A stretch of 64,000 nucleotides of DNA, from positions 146,669 to 210,668 of the forward strand of contig JBDHJS010000003.1 of NCBI GenBank assembly GCA_039586795.1. The letters are read 5' to 3'. Source of the DNA: Gemmatimonadota bacterium (GTDB lineage Bacteria > Gemmatimonadota > Gemmatimonadetes > Palauibacterales > KS3-K002). The notes beneath the pieces are model-generated. The model saw nothing but the letters and a program-made list of their open reading frames with translations. It had not been told where the DNA came from and made no database searches. Shown in pieces: positions 40,301 through 47,808 of the stretch. Made by a program: the position numbers and the translations under genes. Every line of letters begins with the position of its first letter. The stretch's first letter is position 1.

Positions 40301-40821
40301 AGGATATCCTGGCCGGTTTCGACGATCAGCACGTCGGCGCCGCCTTCGATAAGTCCAGTGGCCTGTTCGCAGAACACGTCGACGAGCTGATCGTACGTGA
40401 TGTTCCCGAGTGTCGGATCGGACGTGCTGGGGAGAAAGCCGGATGGACCGATGCTCCCGGCCACAAATCGCGGACGTTCGGGGGTCGAGTAATCGTCGGC
40501 TGCTTCTCGCGCGACGCGTGCTGCGGCTCGATTGATGTCGAGCGTCTTCGCCTCGAGCCCATACTCTAACAGCGTCAGGCGGTTGGCGCGGAAGCTATCC
40601 GTTTCAAGCACATCGCAACCGACTTCAAGAAACGATGCGTGGATCTCTCGGATGGCATCGGGCTTCGAGAGCACGAGATGGTCGTTACACCCTTCGAGCT
40701 CGGGGCCGCCAAAGTCGTCTGCGGAGAGGTTCATCGCCTGCACGCTCGTACCCATCGCCCCGTCGTACACGAGGATCCTCTCCTTCAGCGTCTCGAGGTA
40801 CTTGCTCTCCCTCAAACTCAA
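37348..40821 (-). CDS. metH: cobalamin-dependent methionine synthase
   Basis: YDGAMGT, GLNCSTGP, GGCCGTTP, IGERVN pterin domain, GDVHDIGKNLV B12 motif and RYSWGYGACP activation domain. AAGGAG RBS precedes the TTG start. Confidence 0.97.
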   Translation of the reverse strand: MSLRESKYLETLKERILVYDGAMGTSVQAMNLSADDFGGPELEGCNDHLVLSKPDAIREIHASFLEVGCDVLETDSFRANRLTLLEYGLEAKTLDINRAAARVAREAADDYSTPERPRFVAGSIGPSGFLPSTSDPTLGNITYDQLVDVFCEQATGLIEGGADVLIVETGQDILELRAAVTGCRRAMKDTGSWLPIQVQPTLDTSGRMLLGTNVEAALVTLEAVGVDAIGLNCSTGPEHMRQPIRFLCGNTNLPVSVIPNAGIPHNVDGVAVYGLTPEELAAAHDEFVSRIGVNIVGGCCGTTPDHLKAVVDRVWGSEPGGREVADVPRVSSAMEAFDMAQNPAPTIIGERVNSQGSRAVKQLLLEDRYDDILGVARDQVEGGAHLLDVCTALTERQDEAEQMRTLVKLLAQGVAAPLVIDTTEVDVVEAALKQNPGRAVINSINLESGRDRIDAVLPHAVEHGAALIALTIDETGMAKTAERKLEIARRIHDICVDEYGIRSADLIFDDLTFTLATGDEEFRKSAIETIEGIRKIKRELPGVLTSLGVSNVSFGLRPHARAVLNSVFMHHCVEAGLDMAIVNAAHITPYAEIDEKQRALADDLIFDRREDALARFIAYYEEHEAEEVEKVDPTSDMSADEAIHWMILHRKKEGIEQLVDTSIEQRGGDNEAAVWVLNNVLLPAMKEVGDKFGAGELILPFVLQSAEVMKKAVARLETYLDQLEGTTKGKVVLATVYGDVHDIGKNLVGTILTNNGYSVYDLGKQVPVNNIIEKAQEVGADAIGLSALLVSTSKQMPLCVQELHSRGLDYPVLVGGAAINPSFVRNAAFVDEAKETVYPSGLFYCKDAFAGLSAVDALTDEAGRDEFISARETEIREGVARREALQEVAKARRAGLAGSTGLTREVTIPLPAFWGVKQLERLPLADLFPLIDLNTLYRLHWGAKNAKGEEWQRLLGEEFEPRLERYKQEALAGGWLRPQAAYGFFPAASDRDDLVVYDPSDFEREIARFPFPRQKEYDKLSLADYFAPAENDARDVVAFQIVTVGDELLEKSEKLMKSGDYSEGYYLHGFGVRLAEAGAEYVHRVIRKELGIDPERGLRYSWGYGACPDHRQHSIVFELLAAREKLGMDLTEAGALIPELATAALVVHHPEAKYFSV

Positions 40822-40830
40822 CTCTCCTTA

Positions 40831-40874
40831 AACGAAAAGCCCCGCAGCCGGTGTCGGTCATCCGCGCGCGGGGC
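40831..40874 (-). terminator. intrinsic terminator in the metH leader (riboswitch expression platform)
   Basis: GCCCCGC...GCGGGGC stem followed by TTTTCGTTT, immediately before the metH RBS. Confidence 0.7.
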
Positions 40875-40904
40875 GTCGATCGTACGATTTCACGTACAGC
40901 TGTC

Positions 40905-40980
40905 CCGGCACTTTAGACCTTTGTTTCGACAGGCGCTTCACCTGCCAGGCGGTGGCAAGCGTCCACAAATCCGTCCGCCC
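40905..40980 (-). promoter_or_regulatory. SAM-II-like riboswitch aptamer (long-loop variant)
   Basis: GGCGG-AC-GGATTTG...GCTTGC-CA-CCGCC-[hairpin]-AAACAAAGGTCTAAAG carries the SAM-II hallmarks GATTTG, GCTTGC and AAACAA..CTAAAG, upstream of metH. Confidence 0.7.
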
Positions 40981-41002
40981 GGTGTACGTCTCTCTACATG
41001 GC

Positions 41003-41031
41003 AGTATCGCCCGGCGCAGCGGGCCGGTCAA
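41003..41031 (-). promoter_or_regulatory. putative sigma70 promoter for the metH leader
   Basis: TTGACC-N17-GATACT on the minus strand, ~20 nt before the aptamer. Confidence 0.5.
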
Positions 41032-41198
41032 GCCCAGAGCGCCCGGGCCTTTCCAGAAGGGCCCGACACGAAAGTCTGGCGCGATCCCGGCTCCCACGTA
41101 ATTTTGTGGCGACAATAGCACCGCCTTCCCCCGAATCTGGACAATTCGTCTGCCGGTGCGACGCTGGATTTGACTGGTGGAAAACGAGGAGGATGATG

Positions 41199-41810
41199 AT
41201 GAAATCCGTTCGCTTGGCATGTGTACTTCTCACCCTTATGCTCGTCCCCGCTGCCGCCCTCGGCCAGACAGGGACGACACCTTTCCTGACGTTGCCCGTC
41301 CCTCTGGACAAAGGCGCGTCAGATTTTGGCGGCTACGTATCGATCGAGGAGGAGATCGACCTGTTCGCCATCTACCGACGCGGGCTCGCTCCTAACTTCG
41401 ACGGTGGATTGCGCGCGGGCTTCACATCGGCGGGCGGCGGTGGCGTCAACGTCGGGGCGGACTTCCGTCTGCTCATTGTCGGAGCCTCAGAGGACCTGCC
41501 CCTAAGCTTCGCTTTTGTCACGAACGCGCAGTTCTCGTTCATGAGCGACGTCTTCCTGTTCGCGGTGCCGTTTGGTGTTTCTCTCGGCGCCGAGATCCAG
41601 GCCGGCGAAGGGCGACCGCTTTGGCTGTACGGGCTTCCATACGGGATCTTCGCCTATGCAAATCCGGATGGTCCTATCGAATCGGACACAGACTGGGATA
41701 TCGGCGCCGAGCTTGGTGGGCAGCTGTGGTTGAGTGGCGGGCTCTGGCTCACCGCGGCATTAACGGTTCAGAATGACGTGGCATTCGCCATCGGTCTCAA
41801 CTACCGCTGA
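41199..41810 (+). CDS. secreted / outer-membrane beta-barrel hypothetical protein
   Basis: GAGGAGG RBS, signal peptide, amphipathic strands and a C-terminal AIGLNYR. Confidence 0.7.
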   Translation: MKSVRLACVLLTLMLVPAAALGQTGTTPFLTLPVPLDKGASDFGGYVSIEEEIDLFAIYRRGLAPNFDGGLRAGFTSAGGGGVNVGADFRLLIVGASEDLPLSFAFVTNAQFSFMSDVFLFAVPFGVSLGAEIQAGEGRPLWLYGLPYGIFAYANPDGPIESDTDWDIGAELGGQLWLSGGLWLTAALTVQNDVAFAIGLNYR

Positions 41811-41837
41811 GTCGGCGAGTAAGTACACCGTGCGATG

Positions 41838-41867
41838 AAGAAGGGCCGCCATCCGGCGGCCCTTCTT
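41838..41867. terminator. bidirectional intrinsic terminator
   Basis: AAGAAGGGCCGCC-ATCC-GGCGGCCCTTCTT perfect palindrome between convergent genes. Confidence 0.85.
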
Positions 41868-41891
41868 GTCGTCAAATAAGGAGGTTGTTGT

Positions 41892-44099
41892 CTAAAACGC
41901 CTCGCGCAGCGCCGTCCTGACGATGTTCCCGACATGCGGCGTTCCCGGGGGTAGCTTCCCTGGATCTCGGAAGTCCGTGTCGAACGACCAATCGCGCCGC
42001 GGTGGGAAGTAATAAGAGAGGTTCCAAGTTCCCGTAGTTTTCTGGCTGGTGAACAGACTCACCAACGAGCCTCTGTAGCGAAACACGACCGAGCTGTTCC
42101 CGGCCCGCCAGCGCTCCAGGAATCTCGGGAAGTTCTCGATCCCCCCGCCGTAGAAATTCTCATTGCCACCTGGACAGCCCGCGCTCTCGTGGTCGCACGG
42201 CGTCGGCCAGTGGCCGGCAAGCACCGCCGCGTTGATCGTGGTTTCGCCGGCGACTCTCTCCTGCCAGTTTCCCGCCCAATTCAGGTAACTGGCGCACGGA
42301 CTACCGTTCGACGTATTGCCCTCACAGCCGGCGATATCGGGCAGGTTCTGGATGTCCTGCCAGGCCGTCGATTGGATCGTGATCCCATCCCCGATGAGCG
42401 CCGCGGGCCGCTTGACGACGGAGTTGTAGTTGCCGATCACGTAGACCGGCCATTCGGTCGCCATCGTCATCGGGTTGGGCAGACTGGTACCGTTGCGCAT
42501 CCGAACTGCCGGGTCGATCGAGGCGTCCGGGATTTGATCGAAGAGCAACTGCGTGCCGCCTGTGAGATCCGCTGGCATGCGGAACTCCACGTAGATGATT
42601 CGAGCCTCACGCTCCGACGCGCCGCCAACCCAGCCGGTCAACTGGGACACATCGATCTCCAGTATGTCTTTCAGTTCATTCTCGCGAGCGTCGTAGAATG
42701 CCGACCAGTTCCACTGGAAGATGTTGCAGGCGTCTTCTTGGGACGGCACTTCCTTTCCACCGGTCCGTTCGATCGTGACGATTGGCCACGGAGTTAGATC
42801 TAGGTTGATCAGCGAGTTAGCATCAAACAACCACTTGGACTTTCCAACAATGTCATTAACAAGCTGTGCATAGCCATCAGCCTCGATGGTGATCTCGATC
42901 TCCAGCTCTTCTACGTCATCACCCAGAAACGCCTGAAACGTGCAGCCATTCACGCCGCCGTTGAAGGTCCACTCGCCGCTATTGATCGCCAGCGTTGCGC
43001 GGTTGTCGAATTCATCGCAGGTCAGCGACGGGTGAGATGCCCTGAACGTGACCCACCCGGCGCCAGGGTACACCGGCTCCAATGCCGAGATGACGATCTC
43101 GCCTTCCACTTCGCCCGGTGGCGTGCCCGCACCACCGCACACCGCGTCCTTCGTCTGAAGATCGGTCAGGTCTACCGTGACGTACGTATCCGCCAGCCAC
43201 GCCAACTTCGCTTCCCGCTCGGAATCGCCATCCGCGTCCTCTTTCACGCGGATTAGCTCGTAGGCCGCCATCCCCTGGGGAAGCGGCAGGCGCAAAGAGT
43301 CCACGCCGAACGCATCAGTCATCACGCGACAGCTGAACTGCGTGCAGCTGCGCGCCTTGAACGCCTCGGCGCCCGGGATGGTTCGGCTGTCGAAGTCGAG
43401 AGGATTCTCTATCCCGAACGCATCGTTGATGAAGACCCCGTTGTTGACGGCGTGGAAGTCCTTCCTGTCGTGAAAGATCTTGTTCGGAGTAGTGATCGGC
43501 TCTCTATACCAGGCGTTGCCCGAACTGAGATAGATGTTCCCATTCGAATGCACGCGACCGACGAATTCCAGGGGTGGTCCGTTGGTCGCTTCAAGGTCCT
43601 CTTCGAAAAAGACACCGAACTGGAATATCGGGATCGCCTGCGCCTTCGAGCGAAGCACTACGCCCGCTACCGTCCCGTTAGCGTCCTCGACGAGCGAGTA
43701 GATGTCGAGCTTCTGGGTCAACGCGTACAGACCATTGTACGGCCCGTCGGTAATGGTCTCGACCAGAACGTCACCCTTCCTTTCAACCGCGAAGCTGTCG
43801 TAACTGAACCCTTCCAGGTTTGGAGGACTGATGGCGAGCAGTTCATCATCGTCGAGGTGACCGTCACCCAGCGCTACGAGTAGCTGCGAAAGAGCCAGCT
43901 CGCCGCCCGCTTCCGCCGCGTAGAAGGCTCGCGCGTCATGGTAATCGAGGCCCGATGAGCGAAGCGAACTCAGCGCCGACCTGACAGCACCAGCGATCAC
44001 CAGGCCCATGACCGCCAGCACGATTAGTGTCGCAACTAACGCCAGGCCGCGTGTATCATCGACCGTGCGAGTTAGGGCTTCTCTATCCTTCCATCGCAT
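41892..44099 (-). CDS. large PilX/GspK-like minor pilin
   Basis: Prepilin-like RG|LALVATLIVL without E5, AFYAAEAG motif, GRVHSNGNIY, GGIENFPRFLERW and a C-terminal PPRRDWSFDTDF...LPPGTP. Confidence 0.8.
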   Translation of the reverse strand: MRWKDREALTRTVDDTRGLALVATLIVLAVMGLVIAGAVRSALSSLRSSGLDYHDARAFYAAEAGGELALSQLLVALGDGHLDDDELLAISPPNLEGFSYDSFAVERKGDVLVETITDGPYNGLYALTQKLDIYSLVEDANGTVAGVVLRSKAQAIPIFQFGVFFEEDLEATNGPPLEFVGRVHSNGNIYLSSGNAWYREPITTPNKIFHDRKDFHAVNNGVFINDAFGIENPLDFDSRTIPGAEAFKARSCTQFSCRVMTDAFGVDSLRLPLPQGMAAYELIRVKEDADGDSEREAKLAWLADTYVTVDLTDLQTKDAVCGGAGTPPGEVEGEIVISALEPVYPGAGWVTFRASHPSLTCDEFDNRATLAINSGEWTFNGGVNGCTFQAFLGDDVEELEIEITIEADGYAQLVNDIVGKSKWLFDANSLINLDLTPWPIVTIERTGGKEVPSQEDACNIFQWNWSAFYDARENELKDILEIDVSQLTGWVGGASEREARIIYVEFRMPADLTGGTQLLFDQIPDASIDPAVRMRNGTSLPNPMTMATEWPVYVIGNYNSVVKRPAALIGDGITIQSTAWQDIQNLPDIAGCEGNTSNGSPCASYLNWAGNWQERVAGETTINAAVLAGHWPTPCDHESAGCPGGNENFYGGGIENFPRFLERWRAGNSSVVFRYRGSLVSLFTSQKTTGTWNLSYYFPPRRDWSFDTDFRDPGKLPPGTPHVGNIVRTALREAF

Positions 44100-44152
44100 C
44101 GCTCATCATCTCCGGATGGGGCCGTTCCAGCGCTCGCTCGAATACCACGGCC

Positions 44153-45121
44153 TCAGGTCCGCGCCTTTTCGTATCTCAGATTGCGCGGAGAGACCGTCCA
44201 CTGGTAGTTGCGCCTCAGAAGCTCGCCACTGTTCAGGCGCGGGTCGGCACGATCCGCGCGAAGTGTGACTCTCACCGTCACTGCCACGATGTCGTCAAAG
44301 TCGTTGCTGTCATCCGCATCAAAAGGGTCCGCCCGATCGGACTCGTCGCCGTCGGCAAATACGAAGCTGACCTGAAACTCCTCCACGCCGTAGGCCAGCA
44401 CGTGCCCCACTGGCGAACCGTCGAAGTTGAGTCTCGCCGCCCGCATCAGCTGTTCTTCATCGTCCAGATAGTACATGATCGGCTTCACGGCCTGCACGAA
44501 TGTGCTGAAGCGATCCAGCTGCAGACCACCACTCATGCTGGCCGGCTGTCGTAGAACGGTATCGATCGGCGTGAAGGTCAGCTGAAACGACGAATCGCCC
44601 GTCACGTTGATTTGCTCGACCAGTATCAGGTGCCTCTGACCCGGGATCTGCAATCGCGCCAGGTTGCCGGGCTGTAGCTCGAGCGGCGTGACGTCGGGCG
44701 GAAGCTTGGCCAGGTCCAAGCACCTGGAGCCGCACGTACCACCCGGCGGAAGCGGATTGTCGTCGCCGGCCGGCGGTATCAACGAGTGAGGCGGCGCAAC
44801 ATCCGGTTTGTATGGCACGTGTAAGATGACCAGAGTATCGCCGGTCGCACCGGGCCATACGGCAAGGCTGCCGAACGACATCGTACTGGAGATCTCGATG
44901 CCCGCTCTCTGGAGGTCATGTCGGACCGAGACGCCTATATAACGACCGTTCCGACTGAGGCTCTCTCTGATCTCACGACCGGCGAGGCTCCGCATCTCTT
45001 GGATGACGAAGGCCATGGCGGCACCCAAGACCATGACACCCAGGATCAGCGCGATCACCAACTCGATGAAGGTGAAACCATCCGACGCATAGCATCGCTT
45101 CCGCAATCGCCCGCCTGCCAC
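44153..45121 (-). CDS. PilW-like minor pilin
   Basis: G|FTFIELVIAL N-terminal methylation motif and C-terminal VTVRVTLR...VSPRNL. Confidence 0.82.
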   Translation of the reverse strand: MAGGRLRKRCYASDGFTFIELVIALILGVMVLGAAMAFVIQEMRSLAGREIRESLSRNGRYIGVSVRHDLQRAGIEISSTMSFGSLAVWPGATGDTLVILHVPYKPDVAPPHSLIPPAGDDNPLPPGGTCGSRCLDLAKLPPDVTPLELQPGNLARLQIPGQRHLILVEQINVTGDSSFQLTFTPIDTVLRQPASMSGGLQLDRFSTFVQAVKPIMYYLDDEEQLMRAARLNFDGSPVGHVLAYGVEEFQVSFVFADGDESDRADPFDADDSNDFDDIVAVTVRVTLRADRADPRLNSGELLRRNYQWTVSPRNLRYEKART

Positions 45122-45534
45122 TAGGCACCCCCCGTAAAGATGACCGTCACTAGCTCGAGGGTCCGGGTGCGCCCGAAGCCTGACGGATACACGACCTCGA
45201 CAGTCGCTCGCACAACGTCCGGCGTGCTCACCTCGGGTGTCACTACCAAGCTCTTGATGAACGCACCGTTCTCGTTCGGCTCGCCCGTTTCATCGACACG
45301 CACGGGGCTCTCGGTGGCAAGCTCGGTCGCGGGCCGCGTCTTCACCTCTTCCATGTAGGCCACGGCTATCGCAGAGGCCCGGGAACGCTCGGCCGCGTCG
45401 GTTTGCATCGAGACGATGAACGCGCTGGAACTCGACAGCGCGACGATCCCGACCGCAAGCAGAACCACAGCGACCAGCACCGACACGATGCCGAAGCCGT
45501 GTTTCAAAAGCATGAAGCTTCTCAACCGAGTCAT
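45121..45534 (-). CDS. PilV-like minor pilin
   Basis: G|FGIVSVLVAVVLLAVGIVAL. The ATG overlaps the upstream stop (ATGA). Confidence 0.78.
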   Translation of the reverse strand: MTRLRSFMLLKHGFGIVSVLVAVVLLAVGIVALSSSSAFIVSMQTDAAERSRASAIAVAYMEEVKTRPATELATESPVRVDETGEPNENGAFIKSLVVTPEVSTPDVVRATVEVVYPSGFGRTRTLELVTVIFTGGA

Positions 45535-46127
45535 TTGACCCATGTGTCTCCACTGAATCGCCATGTACGAAACGCGCTGGCACCCGAGATCGTAACGGCT
45601 GCAACGGCGTTCGGATCGTCTTCGTGCATCAGGAAAACCACACCGCCGGCGCCCTCGGGAACCACCAGCCCCCTGGCGTCGAACTCCACGAAAGCGTTCT
45701 CGATATCAATGGCTTCGGCGGTCGGGCCTCCCAGCGGGCTGGATGCGGCGGCGCCCGCACCAAACTTCACACCCTTCGGAAGTACGACACCAGGGATGCC
45801 GCTACTCGATCCCCTCCTGATCAAGCCCGATTGTCGGACCTCATCTGGAACTTCGGAGATCGATCCACTGCGGTCAGGCGAGACGTCCATGAATGCGGTG
45901 TAGAAGTCCTGAGCCTCGTAGAAGCGCACTCGCACCAAGCGTTTCGATGCGATAGCTCGCATTCGGACCTGCTCGAGATCGCGCATCAGCGATCGGGCCG
46001 CTCGGTCGACTTGCTGCATCGGGCTGAGTTTGATCGCTCGGGGCACAGCTATCGAGGTCACGACCGCAATCAGGATGATAACGACGACCATCTCGATCAG
46101 AGTGAAACCGAGCTCTCTTAGCCGCAT
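45531..46127 (-). CDS. FimT/FimU (GspH)-like minor pilin
   Basis: G|FTLIEMVVVIILI, DLEQVRMRAI and VEFDARG. Confidence 0.85.
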   Translation of the reverse strand: MRLRELGFTLIEMVVVIILIAVVTSIAVPRAIKLSPMQQVDRAARSLMRDLEQVRMRAIASKRLVRVRFYEAQDFYTAFMDVSPDRSGSISEVPDEVRQSGLIRRGSSSGIPGVVLPKGVKFGAGAAASSPLGGPTAEAIDIENAFVEFDARGLVVPEGAGGVVFLMHEDDPNAVAAVTISGASAFRTWRFSGDTWVK

Positions 46128-46243
46128 CGTGCCTCTCACTATTGGCCCGAAGGCATGACTTCGAGGGAAGACAATCGCACCGACGAAATGACGACGCCGG
46201 TCGGTCGAACCCTACCTCCGGTCGATTCTGACCGCTTGGCGGG

Positions 46244-46309
46244 TAAGTCCCAGCCGGCTAACGGTTTGGCCCTCCGCCCGCCTGTTGAGCGGGAGGACTC
46301 AGCTGGGGG
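46244..46309 (-). ncRNA. candidate structured cis-regulatory RNA in the pilin operon leader
   Basis: CCCAGC/GCTGGG closing stem, internal GTCCTCC/GGAGGGC stem, CAAA linker, small CCG/CGG hairpin and TGAGT/ACTTA pseudoknot potential. Confidence 0.5.
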
Positions 46310-46319
46310 AGTGATACCT

Positions 46320-46348
46320 AAGATGCCTGTCGCGGCTCGGAGGGTCAA
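46320..46348 (-). promoter_or_regulatory. putative sigma70 promoter of the pilin operon
   Basis: TTGACC-N17-CATCTT on the minus strand. Confidence 0.5.
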
Positions 46349-46599
46349 TGCGCAGTGTAAGCCTGGACACGCGGCGCTCCGACACTGCAATCAGAACTTG
46401 CAATCCGCCAGACCGCGCCGGGCGAAGCCTGCACGGCATACTCACCGAACTTACCCTTGTGCAATGGCTTAGGCCGACGGCCACCGATCGGCCCCGCACT
46501 TGCATGTCATTTTCGCGTCGCCCGGTAGTGTCGACTTGTGGGCACGCGGCGATTGAGACCCCTTGTCTGTTCCTCCCATCGAGCCTTGCCGGATTGTGA

Positions 46600-47478
46600 G
46601 TGCCTGTGCCTTTCATAGAATACGAAGCGCGACTATTCCGCTTGAAGGAAGGGACCAACGTCCTGGGATCGGGGGACGCGGCTACTATTTGCCTCCCGTT
46701 TAGTAGCGATTGTAGGCTGGAGATCAACGTTGACGACTTCGGGGTGTTTGCCTGGTCGCCGACCGAGGCCGAGGGCGCTGTAATCAACGGCCGCCCCCTG
46801 GAGAGCGAGCCCGTTCCGCTTTTCCACGGCGATCGCCTGCTGCTCAACGGATCGGCTCTTGTTTATATTGACGACGGTGGGGACGCCACGGCGAAGATGG
46901 ATCGCGTAGCGCCGACCGCCGCCGATTCTGCGATAGCGGAAGGGAAAGGGAAGGAAGAGATGGTCGACCCTGATAAGCTGATGCGTGTCACGCCGCCGGA
47001 GCCCGAACGCAAGCCGCTAGGGGTGCTCCGTAGGCATGACAACAACAAATCCTACTTGATTGGCAGCTCCGCTTTCCGCATCGGACGTGAGAAGCACTGC
47101 GAGATCATTCTTGCCGATCCTTCGATCTCCCGACTGCACGCAGAGATTTCCGTCCACCAGGATGAGTACACGCTACGGGTGATGGGTCGAACTGATACTC
47201 TGGTGAACGGAAAGAAGCTGACCGGGTCTCACAAGCTACGGCCAGGTGACACTATCAAGATAGGAAAGTTCGAGTTCAGTTTTGTCCGCAAACACGCCGA
47301 CGCCGCCGACGCTGAGAACCTCGTTAGACCGGACGAACTAACTCCGGTCCGCAGCGCGGCACGAGACGCGGCGACCGTTGAGTTCAAGAGGAAAAAAGCC
47401 GGTGGCAGTCGTCTACTTACCTGGCTGATTGTCGTAGTAGCAGCAGCTCTTGCCGCGGCGGTCTTCTTCGCCTCCTAA
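46600..47478 (+). CDS. tandem FHA-domain membrane-anchored protein
   Basis: Two FHA-like domains, the second with IGR...ISRLHA...TLVNG...LRPGDTIKIG, and a C-terminal TM helix. Confidence 0.85.
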   Translation: MPVPFIEYEARLFRLKEGTNVLGSGDAATICLPFSSDCRLEINVDDFGVFAWSPTEAEGAVINGRPLESEPVPLFHGDRLLLNGSALVYIDDGGDATAKMDRVAPTAADSAIAEGKGKEEMVDPDKLMRVTPPEPERKPLGVLRRHDNNKSYLIGSSAFRIGREKHCEIILADPSISRLHAEISVHQDEYTLRVMGRTDTLVNGKKLTGSHKLRPGDTIKIGKFEFSFVRKHADAADAENLVRPDELTPVRSAARDAATVEFKRKKAGGSRLLTWLIVVVAAALAAAVFFAS

Positions 47479-47748
47479 TCAAGACTGTCCAGTATCCTCC
47501 AGGGCTTCTCTAGCGCGCTGCAGTTCATCTGCGGCGCGCCGCGTCCTTTCAACGGCTTCTTGTCCAGTTTCTTTGAGCTGCTCCAGTTCCTCACGCGTCT
47601 GCTCGTACGTCTCCTGCACCTGCTCATAGCGTTTCTGCAGTTCGTCGTAGTGCCGGTCACGCACGTAGAAGCCAGCCGCGAATCCAACCGCCAGAAAGAA
47701 CAGGCGCACGACAACCCAGCGATAGGCTCTTCGCCTTCTTTCGGCCAT
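47479..47748 (-). CDS. small membrane-anchored coiled-coil protein
   Basis: AGGAGG RBS, one TM helix, then a Glu/Gln-rich coiled coil. Confidence 0.7.
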   Translation of the reverse strand: MAERRRRAYRWVVVRLFFLAVGFAAGFYVRDRHYDELQKRYEQVQETYEQTREELEQLKETGQEAVERTRRAADELQRAREALEDTGQS

Positions 47749-47808
47749 CATCTACCTCCTTGGCTACTCCGCCTAAATATCATATCACACACCTACCGCC
47801 CGGAAGGC

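Noticed and set aside
46200..46320. Canonical c-di-GMP-I or c-di-AMP (ydaO) riboswitch call
   Set aside because: Only short fragments match, and the conserved cores and stem order differ. It is reported as an unassigned candidate motif.
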